The notes under the pieces: model-generated
Seen by the model: the letters and a program-made list of their open reading frames with translations, nothing else
Told to the model about the DNA's origin: nothing
Database searches by the model: none
Shown here: positions 47,805 through 57,423 of the stretch, in pieces
Layout of the letters: each line of letters starts with the position of its first letter
Position numbering within the stretch: the stretch's first letter is position 1
Position numbers and translations under genes: made by a program
Origin: a virus
Reading direction: 5' to 3' (one strand)
DNA: 64,000 nt
IMG/VR virus record: IMGVR_UViG_3300030450_002944
Coordinates: 1 to 64,000 of that record

Positions 47805-48158
47805 ATGAGTTTCGATTTAGCGAAATATCAGATAGGTAATGAGCCTACTAAAATAACAGTAGAGATACCAGAAACTGGAGACTCATTTGAATTAACAGTA
47901 AAGAATTTAAGTTGGAGTAAACAAAATAGACTCCTCTCTAATTCAGTTATTATTTCAAAAGGGGGAGGAACATCTTTTGATGGTGATGCCTATGTAAAGA
48001 GTTATCTAAAAGAATATATTATAGAGGCTCCATGGGGTAAAACTACTGAAGCCTTCTTAGTATCGATTGATGAAAGATTAGGTAGAGCATTAGAAACTCT
48101 AGTGCCAAAACTTGATGATGAAGAAACAGTAGATACTGCAGAAGTAAAAAAAGAGTAG
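47805..48158 (+). CDS. tail assembly chaperone (G-like)
   Basis: Lies between tube and tape measure; ends at a slippery site. Confidence 0.75.
   Translation: MSFDLAKYQIGNEPTKITVEIPETGDSFELTVKNLSWSKQNRLLSNSVIISKGGGTSFDGDAYVKSYLKEYIIEAPWGKTTEAFLVSIDERLGRALETLVPKLDDEETVDTAEVKKE
48146..48152 (+). other. -1 programmed ribosomal frameshift site A-AAA-AAA
   Basis: GTA AAA AAA GAG TAG; the -1 frame is open (R V D A Y L K G Q) into 48167..48406. Confidence 0.75.
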
Positions 48159-48166
48159 ACGCTTAT

Positions 48167-48406
48167 TTGAAAGGACAAAAGTCTAAGTTAGATGAAAAGT
48201 CCATGTTAGATATAGCATATTGGGTGACTATGATTAGACTTGTTCAAATGGGTATACCTTGGGAGGTAGCTATAGATTTAAGTAAACCAGATTTAAATCT
48301 AGTAATAGCAACTCTCACTTCTATGTCCGAAGTAAATGGGAATCAACAAACAGAATTAGACTTAGCAACAAATTATAGTGCTATGGCTAAACAATTTGGA
48401 GGATAA
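48167..48406 (+). CDS. tail assembly chaperone frameshift extension (T-like)
   Basis: In the -1 frame of the upstream gene; no good independent start. Confidence 0.7.
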   Translation: MKGQKSKLDEKSMLDIAYWVTMIRLVQMGIPWEVAIDLSKPDLNLVIATLTSMSEVNGNQQTELDLATNYSAMAKQFGG

Positions 48407-48411
48407 TAATC

Positions 48412-49320
48412 GTGGTGTTTAAACGAATGGCAAAAGCTTTACCTAGTAGGGCTGGATTAAGTGCAATAGGATCTGCTTATAGAAAAGGCGGAGCTGCATC
48501 TGCATCTTATTCAGGCATTGGTACTGCTATGGCTTCTCCGTTTAAAGCCTTAGCTGAAACTGCAAAAGAGATGAAAAGTCCTGCAGGTAAGTTTTGGGGA
48601 GCTTTAACTAAAAATAAAAGTATATTAGGAATTAATCTTGGTATTGGTTCACTCTTAAAACAATCTCAGGTATTTACTGGGGCAGTAAGTACAATTATGC
48701 AAATCATTGGAGCTATGGTGGATGTTTTAATTGCACCTTGGATTGTTCCTTTATTTATACCATTAGCTAAAAAAATGGTTTCATTTATACCTAAAATTCG
48801 AGAATGGTCAGCGGATTTAGCTGAAAAATATGTTCCAAAAATTAAAGCTATATTTGATAATTTAGTTACTGGTGAAGGAACTCTTTGGGAAAGAATAGGA
48901 GAATTTATTGGCGAGAGTTGGAATCTAATTTGGGAAGATACCGGACTATCAAAATGGTGGAATGAGCAAACAGGAATTTTAGGAGTATTTACAAAAACAT
49001 TATCAGCTGCTGGTACAGGATTAGCAAAAGTGTATAATTTCTTTGCGAATATTGGAGAAGGTCCATTTAATAATTATTGGGCTAATATGGCTTGGAACGC
49101 AATTTCAGTATCTGCCTCATTTGCTGCTGGTCCAATGTCTAGCAGAGCTGTCAGTCGACTTTTTAACCTTTTAGAAAGTTTAATTGAAGGGGGAGATCCA
49201 GCACCTGACTTTCCTCAAATACCAACATCACCTCCAGCCCCAGCTGCATTTCAAGATATATATGAAAAATCTGGTGTAGGACTAGGAGTAAGCTATGATC
49301 CATATGGGGGTAATGTATAA
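48412..49320 (+). CDS. short tape-measure-like protein, paralog 1
   Basis: Position after the chaperones; amphipathic A/G/W-rich helices. Confidence 0.6.
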   Translation: MVFKRMAKALPSRAGLSAIGSAYRKGGAASASYSGIGTAMASPFKALAETAKEMKSPAGKFWGALTKNKSILGINLGIGSLLKQSQVFTGAVSTIMQIIGAMVDVLIAPWIVPLFIPLAKKMVSFIPKIREWSADLAEKYVPKIKAIFDNLVTGEGTLWERIGEFIGESWNLIWEDTGLSKWWNEQTGILGVFTKTLSAAGTGLAKVYNFFANIGEGPFNNYWANMAWNAISVSASFAAGPMSSRAVSRLFNLLESLIEGGDPAPDFPQIPTSPPAPAAFQDIYEKSGVGLGVSYDPYGGNV

Positions 49321-50360
49321 TGGTATTTAAAGCAGCAGGAGCAGGAATTAGAGGTGTTAAGGGCACATATCAATTTGGAAAAAGAATGCATAAAGAGGTA
49401 GGTCGTGCTCATAGAACAGGTGGGAGAGCATCAGCAGCTTATAAAGCAGCCGGAATGCTTGCAAGTGGTCCCGGAAAACTTGTAGCCGAATCTGCTAAAG
49501 ATGTACTAAAACCGAGTGGTAAATTTTGGTCAATATTATCTAAAAATAAAACTATATTAGGAATAAATGTAGGTGTTGGGGCATTTTTAAAACAATCTCA
49601 GGTATTTACTGGAGCTATCAGCTCTATTTTACAAATTGTTGGAGCTATGGTTGACGTATTGATAGCTCCTTGGTTAATACCATTAATTATTCCATTAGCT
49701 AAAAAAATGGCATCAGCCATTCCAAAAATTCAAGAATGGTCACAAGCATTAGCAGATAAATATGTTCCAATTATTAAGGATAAACTTAGTGCAATTTGGA
49801 ATGGTGAAGGAAGCTTTATGGGTAAAATCTGGGATTCTATAAAAGGTGTAATTAATATAGTATGGACAGAAAGTGGTTTACAAAAATGGTGGCAAGAGGC
49901 AGAAGGTATAATGGGATTTTTTAGAACCACTGTTGAGGCTACAGTTGGTATATTACGATTTATGGGATTAATTGAAAAACCAGCAGTTCAAATGACTCAG
50001 GGAGATATGGATAGAGAGGCATTTGGAGCTAAATATAAAGATGCAGCTTATGAAAGATCTCATCAAGAAGGATTAGCCTTTGAGGGTCGCTGGGCATATT
50101 ATACTGGGCATATGGAAAGATATGGAAATATGTACGACTCAGGTAAAAATGAATGGTCAGGTACTGATTATGGTGGTTTTGGGACAGGACCCGGATTTGC
50201 TAACGTACCCGGAGGAGCTGGTGGAGTAATGGCTCCTGCAAATAGTTTAGCCCAAACGATTCAAAAATCACATACACAAAATTCAGCTGAAGGTATAGAA
50301 AAAGTCTTAGAGTGGTTAACAGATCCAGCAGGGATTTTCAGTAATTGGAAACCATGGTAA
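49320..50360 (+). CDS. short tape-measure-like protein, paralog 2
   Basis: Near-identical core (LKQSQVFTGA...GAMVDVLIAPW..PL.IPLAKKM) to paralog 1. Confidence 0.6.
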   Translation: MVFKAAGAGIRGVKGTYQFGKRMHKEVGRAHRTGGRASAAYKAAGMLASGPGKLVAESAKDVLKPSGKFWSILSKNKTILGINVGVGAFLKQSQVFTGAISSILQIVGAMVDVLIAPWLIPLIIPLAKKMASAIPKIQEWSQALADKYVPIIKDKLSAIWNGEGSFMGKIWDSIKGVINIVWTESGLQKWWQEAEGIMGFFRTTVEATVGILRFMGLIEKPAVQMTQGDMDREAFGAKYKDAAYERSHQEGLAFEGRWAYYTGHMERYGNMYDSGKNEWSGTDYGGFGTGPGFANVPGGAGGVMAPANSLAQTIQKSHTQNSAEGIEKVLEWLTDPAGIFSNWKPW

Positions 50361-50382
50361 AATTTAAATAAGGAGATAAATT

Positions 50383-50925
50383 ATGGCAGAAGGAACATTA
50401 TCAATATTATTAAGAGACGGAACACATGCATCAGCAGCTAAAAGATTAGCTTTAAAATGTGAAAATATAACTGTAAATATTGGACGTACTCCAATCCAAG
50501 TACCTATACCTACAAATAGTCCATATCTTATTGATTTAGGTATAGTAAGACCCACTATTTCAGTTAGTGGACTAGTAGATAATATTGGAGGAGATACAAG
50601 TAATACCACATCAGTTGTTGGTGGAATGTCAAGTTTTTCATATAATGATGGCTCAAGTAGTCAAACTTATTATATTCCATATAAAAATTTCTTAGAAGAA
50701 TTTTGCTGTGAAGAAATGTATTCTGATGATAATTTAATTCAAATACAAATAGGTGATACTACAAGACCACTGTATACATCAAGTACAAATTTTTCAACGG
50801 GTGGTGCAACTTATCATGTTGCAATACAAAGTGCTAACTTTACTCAGACACCGGGATTAGAAGATAGATGGCAATTTGCAATTCAATTTGTGTCTAAAAC
50901 TGCAAGTCACATTGACTTTGCGTAG
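50383..50925 (+). CDS. distal tail protein
   Basis: IDLG...PTISVSG motif; position after the tape measure. Confidence 0.6.
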   Translation: MAEGTLSILLRDGTHASAAKRLALKCENITVNIGRTPIQVPIPTNSPYLIDLGIVRPTISVSGLVDNIGGDTSNTTSVVGGMSSFSYNDGSSSQTYYIPYKNFLEEFCCEEMYSDDNLIQIQIGDTTRPLYTSSTNFSTGGATYHVAIQSANFTQTPGLEDRWQFAIQFVSKTASHIDFA

Positions 50926-50933
50926 GAGAATTT

Positions 50934-53900
50934 ATGGCTATATCAAATGCAAATAAGAAAATAGAGCTTTATTATTGGATTGGAGATAATTCTAATTACG
51001 ATCCTGATGATTCAGGTACAACTAGTAGATGGTTAAGAGCCAATACTTCAGAGGGTAAAAATGCTGTTCTATCAGTTGATTATGAACATGCATTAGGTAA
51101 ACCAGCAACTGCAAAAGTAACATTACAAAATGGTGTACCTAATTTTAAAGCTGGAGATGCAGATAGTTATTCATCTGTTTTTGCAAGTCTACCTGCTGCG
51201 GATGATGGAGGTTCAGCAAGTCCTGTATTTACAGATTTTATGCGAGTAAAACTGGTAGATATAAATACTAAACTTGTTATTTTATATGGACGTATATATG
51301 ATATTAAGAATGAATATAATAACTTTGAAGGAAATACTTGTAAATTAGTAATTAAAGATGAATTAGAAGTATTACGAGGAATTTATTCATCAGAATTACC
51401 AGATCAATCATATACTGGTGGATCAACAAAACGATCAACCATGATAAAAACTAATATTTTAGCCAATTCAGCGTGGAATACTCCAGCTGCTGACGCTCTT
51501 AAAGTAGATACTTCTGATGGAGATAGATTTGAAGACTCAATATCGGAATATGGAACAACTGGAGTCTTAAAGCTTAAAAAATCTGGTAATAATATATTAA
51601 ATGAAATTGCAATTATAGCTAGAGCAGATCCAAATGATATTACAAGCGGAGACGATAGAAGAGCGAAATCTTTTGGATATGATTATTATTTAGATGCTAA
51701 CCAAACTCAAATGGATGTGTCTAGTATTAATAGTGTTATATATGATGTTACAGCTCCAGCAAGTGCTCATTTAAATTATTTTAAACGAGGTAGTCGAACA
51801 GCGACTCCAGCAACATATGGATTAACTGTTGAGTTACCAAATGCAGCATTTACCCCTACAGGACAAAAACTTCCAATGCTACAAGATTTTAGTTTTGATA
51901 GACCAAAACATGAGGTTTATACAGAAGCTCAAGTTACTGGAATATTTAAAGGTAATATAAAATCAACAAAAACTTTTGAATCGATCATCGTTTCTGGTAT
52001 GAGCTCTGGACATGAATTTGATTATGAAGGTAAACCATTTTCTACAGGATTTGAAGGTGGTACTCCATCAGCTACTGCAGACTCATTAACATCTGAATAC
52101 TTAGATGAGTATACTGCAGATGGAAGTAGTAAAGTTCATGATGATATATGTAAAGTACAATGGCAATCAGATACAGGAACTGGAACTAAATATTTATTAA
52201 TCTCTGATTTAACTAGTGACTTTCCAGAGGGTACAACGCAAGTAATGTTAAAGGGAGCATCATCTGGTAGATCATGTTTATTTACTCCAAGTACAGGAAG
52301 ATTAAGAAATAAAACAGGAGTCAAAAGAACTTTTAAAACTCAATGGGGTTTAGATGGAGAACCTGCAAGTGCAGCTGGAAGTGGAGCCACTTATGATCGA
52401 GCTAGAGAACGATTAGCAACTATTTTATCAAGAGCAGGAGGAACTGGAACTGAAATAATTAGAGGTAGTTTTAGTATACCTCAATATCCTTCTTATTATA
52501 AAGATGTTACCCCAACTTCTACATCCTCGACTGTTTGTAATACATCGGTTAATTTAGAAACTTATGGTGTTAAAAAAGGTATGCCAATAGGAATTTTAGA
52601 TTCTAATAGTAACTTTATGGAATATCATAGCTATGCTTCTGCAACAGCGTCTGGTGCAATAACTGTTGGGGATGCTCCTACGAAAAGTGATCCTACAGCA
52701 ACACATGGATGGACAGCAAGTACAGCTCAATTTTCAGGTGCTATAACTGCAAGAGCACAGGTTCCAGTACGAGCTGGGGATTTAATAAAAGTCATAAATA
52801 AAATAGAGAATATTAATACTGATATGTTAGTAACTAAGGTTAGTTACATGGAAGGACCGGGAGTACAAAATGCAAGAATAGAAGTTGTAGGGGAACAAGC
52901 AGCTCTTGCAGGTAGAGTACCAAAAACTACTTCAAATAATATGCCAGAAGAGTTTGGAGCTAGTGGTGAAGTTAATCTAACAGGAAATTATTCTACCACG
53001 TTCTCAAAAGATGGTGATAATAGTGTAATTGAATTTACTGCAGCTACCAGAAATACAGTAACTTGGACTGCAGGATTACTAAATTTGGAAGATGGGCAAC
53101 CTTTAGAAACTAATGTTAATAGCTTTGCTATTGGATCAGGTACTACTGGAACTATGAGTGAATTTAATACTAGCAGTGCTTCTACTAGAGCTGATACAAC
53201 TTATGTTGTGTATCTAGATCTAGATGTATCTAAAACAGCTTTACAAGTAACTACTCAAACTTTATATGCACAAGTAGATGATTCTAATACAACAATAATA
53301 GCATTATGTAAAGCAACAGAAAGTGATTCAGGTGCAGCTTCATTAGGTTTGTCAGAATTTGTAGCTACAAATACTTCATCAACACCATTAGCATTGGGTA
53401 GAAGTAACGTAATTACTGGAAGTCAATTCCAAACTGCAATCGCAACAGATGGTACTAATTCAGCTACAGCCAGTTCTTCAGAGGGTAGAATTGTAATTCT
53501 AGATGATAAAATAATTATTCATGACGGAGCCAGTACCACCAAACATCTTCAATGGTATAAAGCTGGAACTGAAATTGCTTTTATAGGACATTCAGTAGAT
53601 TCTGGTACACCCAAGTTTGAGGGTATGTATGTAATAAATTATGATAATACCTCTAGTCCTGAAAGTAGAAATCTAACTTTATGGTCTCAAAATGGTAAAA
53701 CAGTTCTAAGAGGTGGTTTAGGTGTTGATGTAGTTACTGGAAATCTAAATATTCAACATGCTGCCTCATCTGGTGATGTTCCAAACCTTTCGTTTTCTAA
53801 CCAAGCTACAGGCACTCTAAGATGGCGTATAGGAGTAGATGGTGATGATTCAGATAAAATGAAATGGGATTGGCAAGACCTTGTAGGTGATGCAACCAAG

Positions 53901-54962
53901 ATGACATTAGATTCATCAGGTAATCTCTATGTTGGACCTTCAGGAAGCTTCGCTGGATTTTATTCATGGCTAAATGATCAAAATACATACATGGATAATC
54001 CAGCAGCTGACCAGCTGAGAATTGTAACTGGTGGAACACAAAATACTCTATTTGAAGCTGGTAATATATATGTTGGACCGGGTGGAGGTTTTAGTGGTGT
54101 TTATACATGGCTAAATGACACTAATACATACATAGATAATCCACAAGCCGATACTATAAGATTAATGACTGGTGGAACACAAAATACTCACTTTGAAGCT
54201 GGTAATATATATGTTGGAGCTGGTGGAGATTTTGGAGGTGCTTATACATGGATTTATGATCCAAATACATATATATCAAACCCATCAGCAGATAGAATAG
54301 CTCTTTATACTGGTGGAACATTAAATGCCACTTTTGAAGCCAATAATATATATATAGGACCGAGTGGAGATTTTGGAGGTGCTTATACATGGTTTTATGA
54401 TCCAGATACTTCTATACAAAACCCATCAGCTGATCTTATGAGAATTAATGTTGGGGGTGATACACTTGCAGAGTTTAGAGAGTCCGGGGGGTCATATTTT
54501 ACAGGTATAAATCAAGCTTATAATGGTTCATATAATTTCATAGTTGCCGGAAGTGTTGCTAAAACAACTGCAGGTACAGTATGGACATCAACTTCAGATG
54601 ATAGATTAAAACAAGATATAGCCTCAATTACTAATGCAACTGATGTCTTAAAAACATTAAATCCTGTTGAATATAACTGGAAAGATGAGTGGAAAGATGC
54701 AGAAGCATCTATACCCAATCATAAAGTACATGGATTTTTAGCTAGTGAATACGAAGATACTTTTTCTGATTTCGTAGACACTACAGATATGAAACTAATT
54801 AAAAGAACAGATGATAGTTATAGACAATCAAATGAAGTAGAAGAAAATGAAACAATTATCTATGACAATATTAAATTTATAAATACTGACTCATTAGTAC
54901 CGCATTTAGTTGCGGCAATAAAAGAACTAGATGCTAGAATAGCTAGCTTAGAAGGAGGATAA
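50934..54962 (+). CDS. tail tip/baseplate hub fused to a spike, with a C-terminal S74 intramolecular chaperone
   Basis: N-terminal hub pattern; SDDRLK...LNPVEYNWK...HGFLA...LVAAIKEL. Confidence 0.8.
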   Translation: MAISNANKKIELYYWIGDNSNYDPDDSGTTSRWLRANTSEGKNAVLSVDYEHALGKPATAKVTLQNGVPNFKAGDADSYSSVFASLPAADDGGSASPVFTDFMRVKLVDINTKLVILYGRIYDIKNEYNNFEGNTCKLVIKDELEVLRGIYSSELPDQSYTGGSTKRSTMIKTNILANSAWNTPAADALKVDTSDGDRFEDSISEYGTTGVLKLKKSGNNILNEIAIIARADPNDITSGDDRRAKSFGYDYYLDANQTQMDVSSINSVIYDVTAPASAHLNYFKRGSRTATPATYGLTVELPNAAFTPTGQKLPMLQDFSFDRPKHEVYTEAQVTGIFKGNIKSTKTFESIIVSGMSSGHEFDYEGKPFSTGFEGGTPSATADSLTSEYLDEYTADGSSKVHDDICKVQWQSDTGTGTKYLLISDLTSDFPEGTTQVMLKGASSGRSCLFTPSTGRLRNKTGVKRTFKTQWGLDGEPASAAGSGATYDRARERLATILSRAGGTGTEIIRGSFSIPQYPSYYKDVTPTSTSSTVCNTSVNLETYGVKKGMPIGILDSNSNFMEYHSYASATASGAITVGDAPTKSDPTATHGWTASTAQFSGAITARAQVPVRAGDLIKVINKIENINTDMLVTKVSYMEGPGVQNARIEVVGEQAALAGRVPKTTSNNMPEEFGASGEVNLTGNYSTTFSKDGDNSVIEFTAATRNTVTWTAGLLNLEDGQPLETNVNSFAIGSGTTGTMSEFNTSSASTRADTTYVVYLDLDVSKTALQVTTQTLYAQVDDSNTTIIALCKATESDSGAASLGLSEFVATNTSSTPLALGRSNVITGSQFQTAIATDGTNSATASSSEGRIVILDDKIIIHDGASTTKHLQWYKAGTEIAFIGHSVDSGTPKFEGMYVINYDNTSSPESRNLTLWSQNGKTVLRGGLGVDVVTGNLNIQHAASSGDVPNLSFSNQATGTLRWRIGVDGDDSDKMKWDWQDLVGDATKMTLDSSGNLYVGPSGSFAGFYSWLNDQNTYMDNPAADQLRIVTGGTQNTLFEAGNIYVGPGGGFSGVYTWLNDTNTYIDNPQADTIRLMTGGTQNTHFEAGNIYVGAGGDFGGAYTWIYDPNTYISNPSADRIALYTGGTLNATFEANNIYIGPSGDFGGAYTWFYDPDTSIQNPSADLMRINVGGDTLAEFRESGGSYFTGINQAYNGSYNFIVAGSVAKTTAGTVWTSTSDDRLKQDIASITNATDVLKTLNPVEYNWKDEWKDAEASIPNHKVHGFLASEYEDTFSDFVDTTDMKLIKRTDDSYRQSNEVEENETIIYDNIKFINTDSLVPHLVAAIKELDARIASLEGG
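53919..54458 (+). repeat. four 141-bp (47-aa) tandem repeats in the tail tip
   Basis: Units start at 53919, 54060, 54201 and 54342 (GNIYVG.GG.F.G.YTW..D.NTYI.NP.AD). Confidence 0.9.
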
Positions 54963-54963
54963 A

Positions 54964-55155
54964 ATGCCAGACGTAACAGTGTCATTTACAGATGCACAAT
55001 GGACAAGAGTAGTTGCAGCATCATCTCAAATTAAAGGAATGTTAAATGATGGAACAGATGTGGATGCAGATTATTTAGCCGCTGATTTCAAGAAGAAAAT
55101 AGAGGCTATCGTTAAAGAATATGAAAGACAACAAGCATCCGTTGATGACTTCTAA
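54964..55155 (+). CDS. small hypothetical protein
   Basis: AGGAGG SD. Confidence 0.6.
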   Translation: MPDVTVSFTDAQWTRVVAASSQIKGMLNDGTDVDADYLAADFKKKIEAIVKEYERQQASVDDF

Positions 55156-55530
55156 ATGAAGCTTACTACTAAAGTAATTAAATATAGGACTAGAAATCCT
55201 TTGATGTCAACACATCAAATTTCAAGAGAAACTGGAGTTTCATATTCTTGGGTACATGCTATATTAAAGAAAGCAAATCTATCAACAAACCCACCCAAAA
55301 GAAATAAGAGTTCTCGTATATGTCCTGAATGTAATGAACTCTTTACATCAAGACGTAAATTTTGTAGTTCTGAGTGTAAATATAATTATCAGCGTCCTGT
55401 GTTTGAATGCCATTACTGCCATTCTAAATTTCGTAGATTACGAAAAGATGTGGTTAGATCTATTAAAAAAGGCTCAAAACACATATTTTGTGATATAAAA
55501 TGTTGGAATAGATATAGGAGAGTAGAGTAA
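55156..55530 (+). CDS. HTH plus zinc-finger (TRASH-like) protein
   Basis: THQISRETGVSYSWV; CPEC...FCSSEC; CHYC...FCDIKC. Confidence 0.7.
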   Translation: MKLTTKVIKYRTRNPLMSTHQISRETGVSYSWVHAILKKANLSTNPPKRNKSSRICPECNELFTSRRKFCSSECKYNYQRPVFECHYCHSKFRRLRKDVVRSIKKGSKHIFCDIKCWNRYRRVE

Positions 55531-55736
55531 TGCCAACTTATGAATATAAATGCAATAATGAAAAATGTTCTGAATACTTCGAGAAAATTCAGAAGTTCAC
55601 CTCTAAGGCTGTAGCCAAATGCCCTAGCTGTAGTACAAAAGCAACCAGATTAATCAGTGGGGTTGCTGTCCAATTCAAAGGTTCTGGGTGGTATTCAACA
55701 GCAAATAGAAGTTCAAAAGAGTCAGATTCCGATTAA
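55530..55736 (+). CDS. FmdB family zinc-ribbon protein
   Basis: MPTYEYKC...CPSC...FKGSGWY. Confidence 0.9.
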   Translation: MPTYEYKCNNEKCSEYFEKIQKFTSKAVAKCPSCSTKATRLISGVAVQFKGSGWYSTANRSSKESDSD

Positions 55737-55741
55737 AAAGC

Positions 55742-55771
55742 TTGACTTGGCTACCCCCAATATGATATAAT
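55742..55771 (+). promoter_or_regulatory. early-type promoter of the replication module
   Basis: TTGACT-N18-TATAAT; similar ones at 57195-57224 and 59620-59649. Confidence 0.75.
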
Positions 55772-55827
55772 TACTATAGAGGGTATAATTATGTGCCCTT
55801 TTGTTAATTTAAAATATAGGAGGAAAT

Positions 55828-56250
55828 ATGACATTAGCATATACTAATCGTACAGATCCATTTAATATTTTTGGAGATTTTCTAAATAGAGAATGGTCAG
55901 CTTCAAGAGCTACCGTAAAATATCCATTAGATATTGTGGAATCTAAAGATGCATATAAAGTTAAGATTTCGTTACCCGGTGTGGAAAAAGGGAATCTTTC
56001 AGTTACTATAGATAAGGACATTCTAGTTATAGAGGCAAAGGATGTAGCAGCTGAAAAAGAAGCAGAGAAAGGTACATATATTTATAAAGGTATTAGAACA
56101 GGTTCTTACAAGAGAGAAATCTCTGTAAAAGATTACGGTGTAGACAGTAAGAAAGTTACTTCTGTTTACAAGAATGGTATCCTAACTATAAACATGCCTA
56201 AAACTAAGGAGGCAAAACCACAGATTATTTCTGTGGCTATGGATGGATAA
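55828..56250 (+). CDS. small heat-shock protein Hsp20
   Basis: PLDIVE...LPGVEK...YKNGILTINMPK. Confidence 0.9.
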   Translation: MTLAYTNRTDPFNIFGDFLNREWSASRATVKYPLDIVESKDAYKVKISLPGVEKGNLSVTIDKDILVIEAKDVAAEKEAEKGTYIYKGIRTGSYKREISVKDYGVDSKKVTSVYKNGILTINMPKTKEAKPQIISVAMDG

Positions 56251-56774
56251 TGGAGATAAACGATGAATTAATTAGGCAATGGGAACCTAAAATTCATAAA
56301 ATGCTCCAAACATCGTATGTAATTGGGTATGATCGTGATGATCTTGCTCAAGAACTTAGAATTGCTATTATGAAAGCAGCTAAATCCTTTAACCCAGAGC
56401 GAGGTGTAATCTTTCATACCTATTTACATACTACAATGGTTAATACTATTAGAACTTTAATATCAAAAGCACAGAAGAAACCTGTGACTGTTAGTTATGA
56501 TGAACGCTTTTATGGTGATGATTCCGATATTTTACCTAAGAAACTTGGCGAAGCCTTAACATATGCCGAGGATTGGGAAATATTAGAATTATATGATGAA
56601 CTAGAGAAGTTTAATCTAACTGATAGAGAGAAAAGATTTATAGAATTAAGATTAGAAGGTTGGACCATGGATGAAATTTCCACTGATTTAGAGAAATCTG
56701 CCTATAGAATTAGACAAAATTTAAGAATAAAAGTAGAGAATATTTTTTATGGTAAAGAAACAGAAAAGGATTGA
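56250..56774 (+). CDS. phage sigma70-family sigma factor
   Basis: DDLAQE...KAAKSFNPERG..FHTY (region 2); LTDREK...GWTMDEIS (region 4). Confidence 0.85.
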   Translation: MEINDELIRQWEPKIHKMLQTSYVIGYDRDDLAQELRIAIMKAAKSFNPERGVIFHTYLHTTMVNTIRTLISKAQKKPVTVSYDERFYGDDSDILPKKLGEALTYAEDWEILELYDELEKFNLTDREKRFIELRLEGWTMDEISTDLEKSAYRIRQNLRIKVENIFYGKETEKD

Positions 56775-57174
56775 TCAATATAATTCTAAAGATTTATTTG
56801 AAGATTTTAAGACCCTATATGCTCGTAAACATAAGAAAGAATATGAGCCCAAGAACTTTATTGGGAATGAGCTAAAGTCTTTAAAAATTTTATTAGATAA
56901 ATACTCAGCCTATGAAATATTATCGGCTATTTATAACTGTATTTCAAAGAATACGGACAATATCTCTGTGAATTATTTCGCAGGGGGTGTTAAATACTAC
57001 TTAACTGACCATGATCCTAAGTTGTATTGGTCAGTTATGTCCTCTCCAGATCCTATGATTAAAAAGAAATGGAGACTTTTTACTATTCTAAACTCAAAAT
57101 GGTTACCTACTGCCACAGATAAGAAGAGGCTTGAAGCTCTTGAACAAGAATTGCAGGAGGTTTTATCTAAATGA
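56749..57174 (+). CDS. hypothetical replication-module protein
   Basis: Position upstream of the helicase. Confidence 0.55.
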   Translation: MVKKQKRIDQYNSKDLFEDFKTLYARKHKKEYEPKNFIGNELKSLKILLDKYSAYEILSAIYNCISKNTDNISVNYFAGGVKYYLTDHDPKLYWSVMSSPDPMIKKKWRLFTILNSKWLPTATDKKRLEALEQELQEVLSK

Positions 57175-57423
57175 GATCTAAAAGAAAAGGGGGGTTGACA
57201 CAGACTACCCAAAAAGTGTATAATAGTAATATAGATAATAAATATAATAGTAAATATAGAGTTATTAGTATACATAATATAACAAAACATATAATGATTA
57301 TTGGAGTATATGATTGTTTAGAAGCAGCTAAGTTAATAGCAGAAGATATGTCTAAACAAGACGATTTAAAATGTTATGTACATAGTGACGACAACAGAGT
57401 TTTACATATAGCAGGGGAGTAAT

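Noticed and set aside
36699-54962. Diversity-generating retroelement acting on fibre genes
   Set aside because: No reverse transcriptase and no repeat pair differing only at adenines; the repeats are in-frame protein modules.
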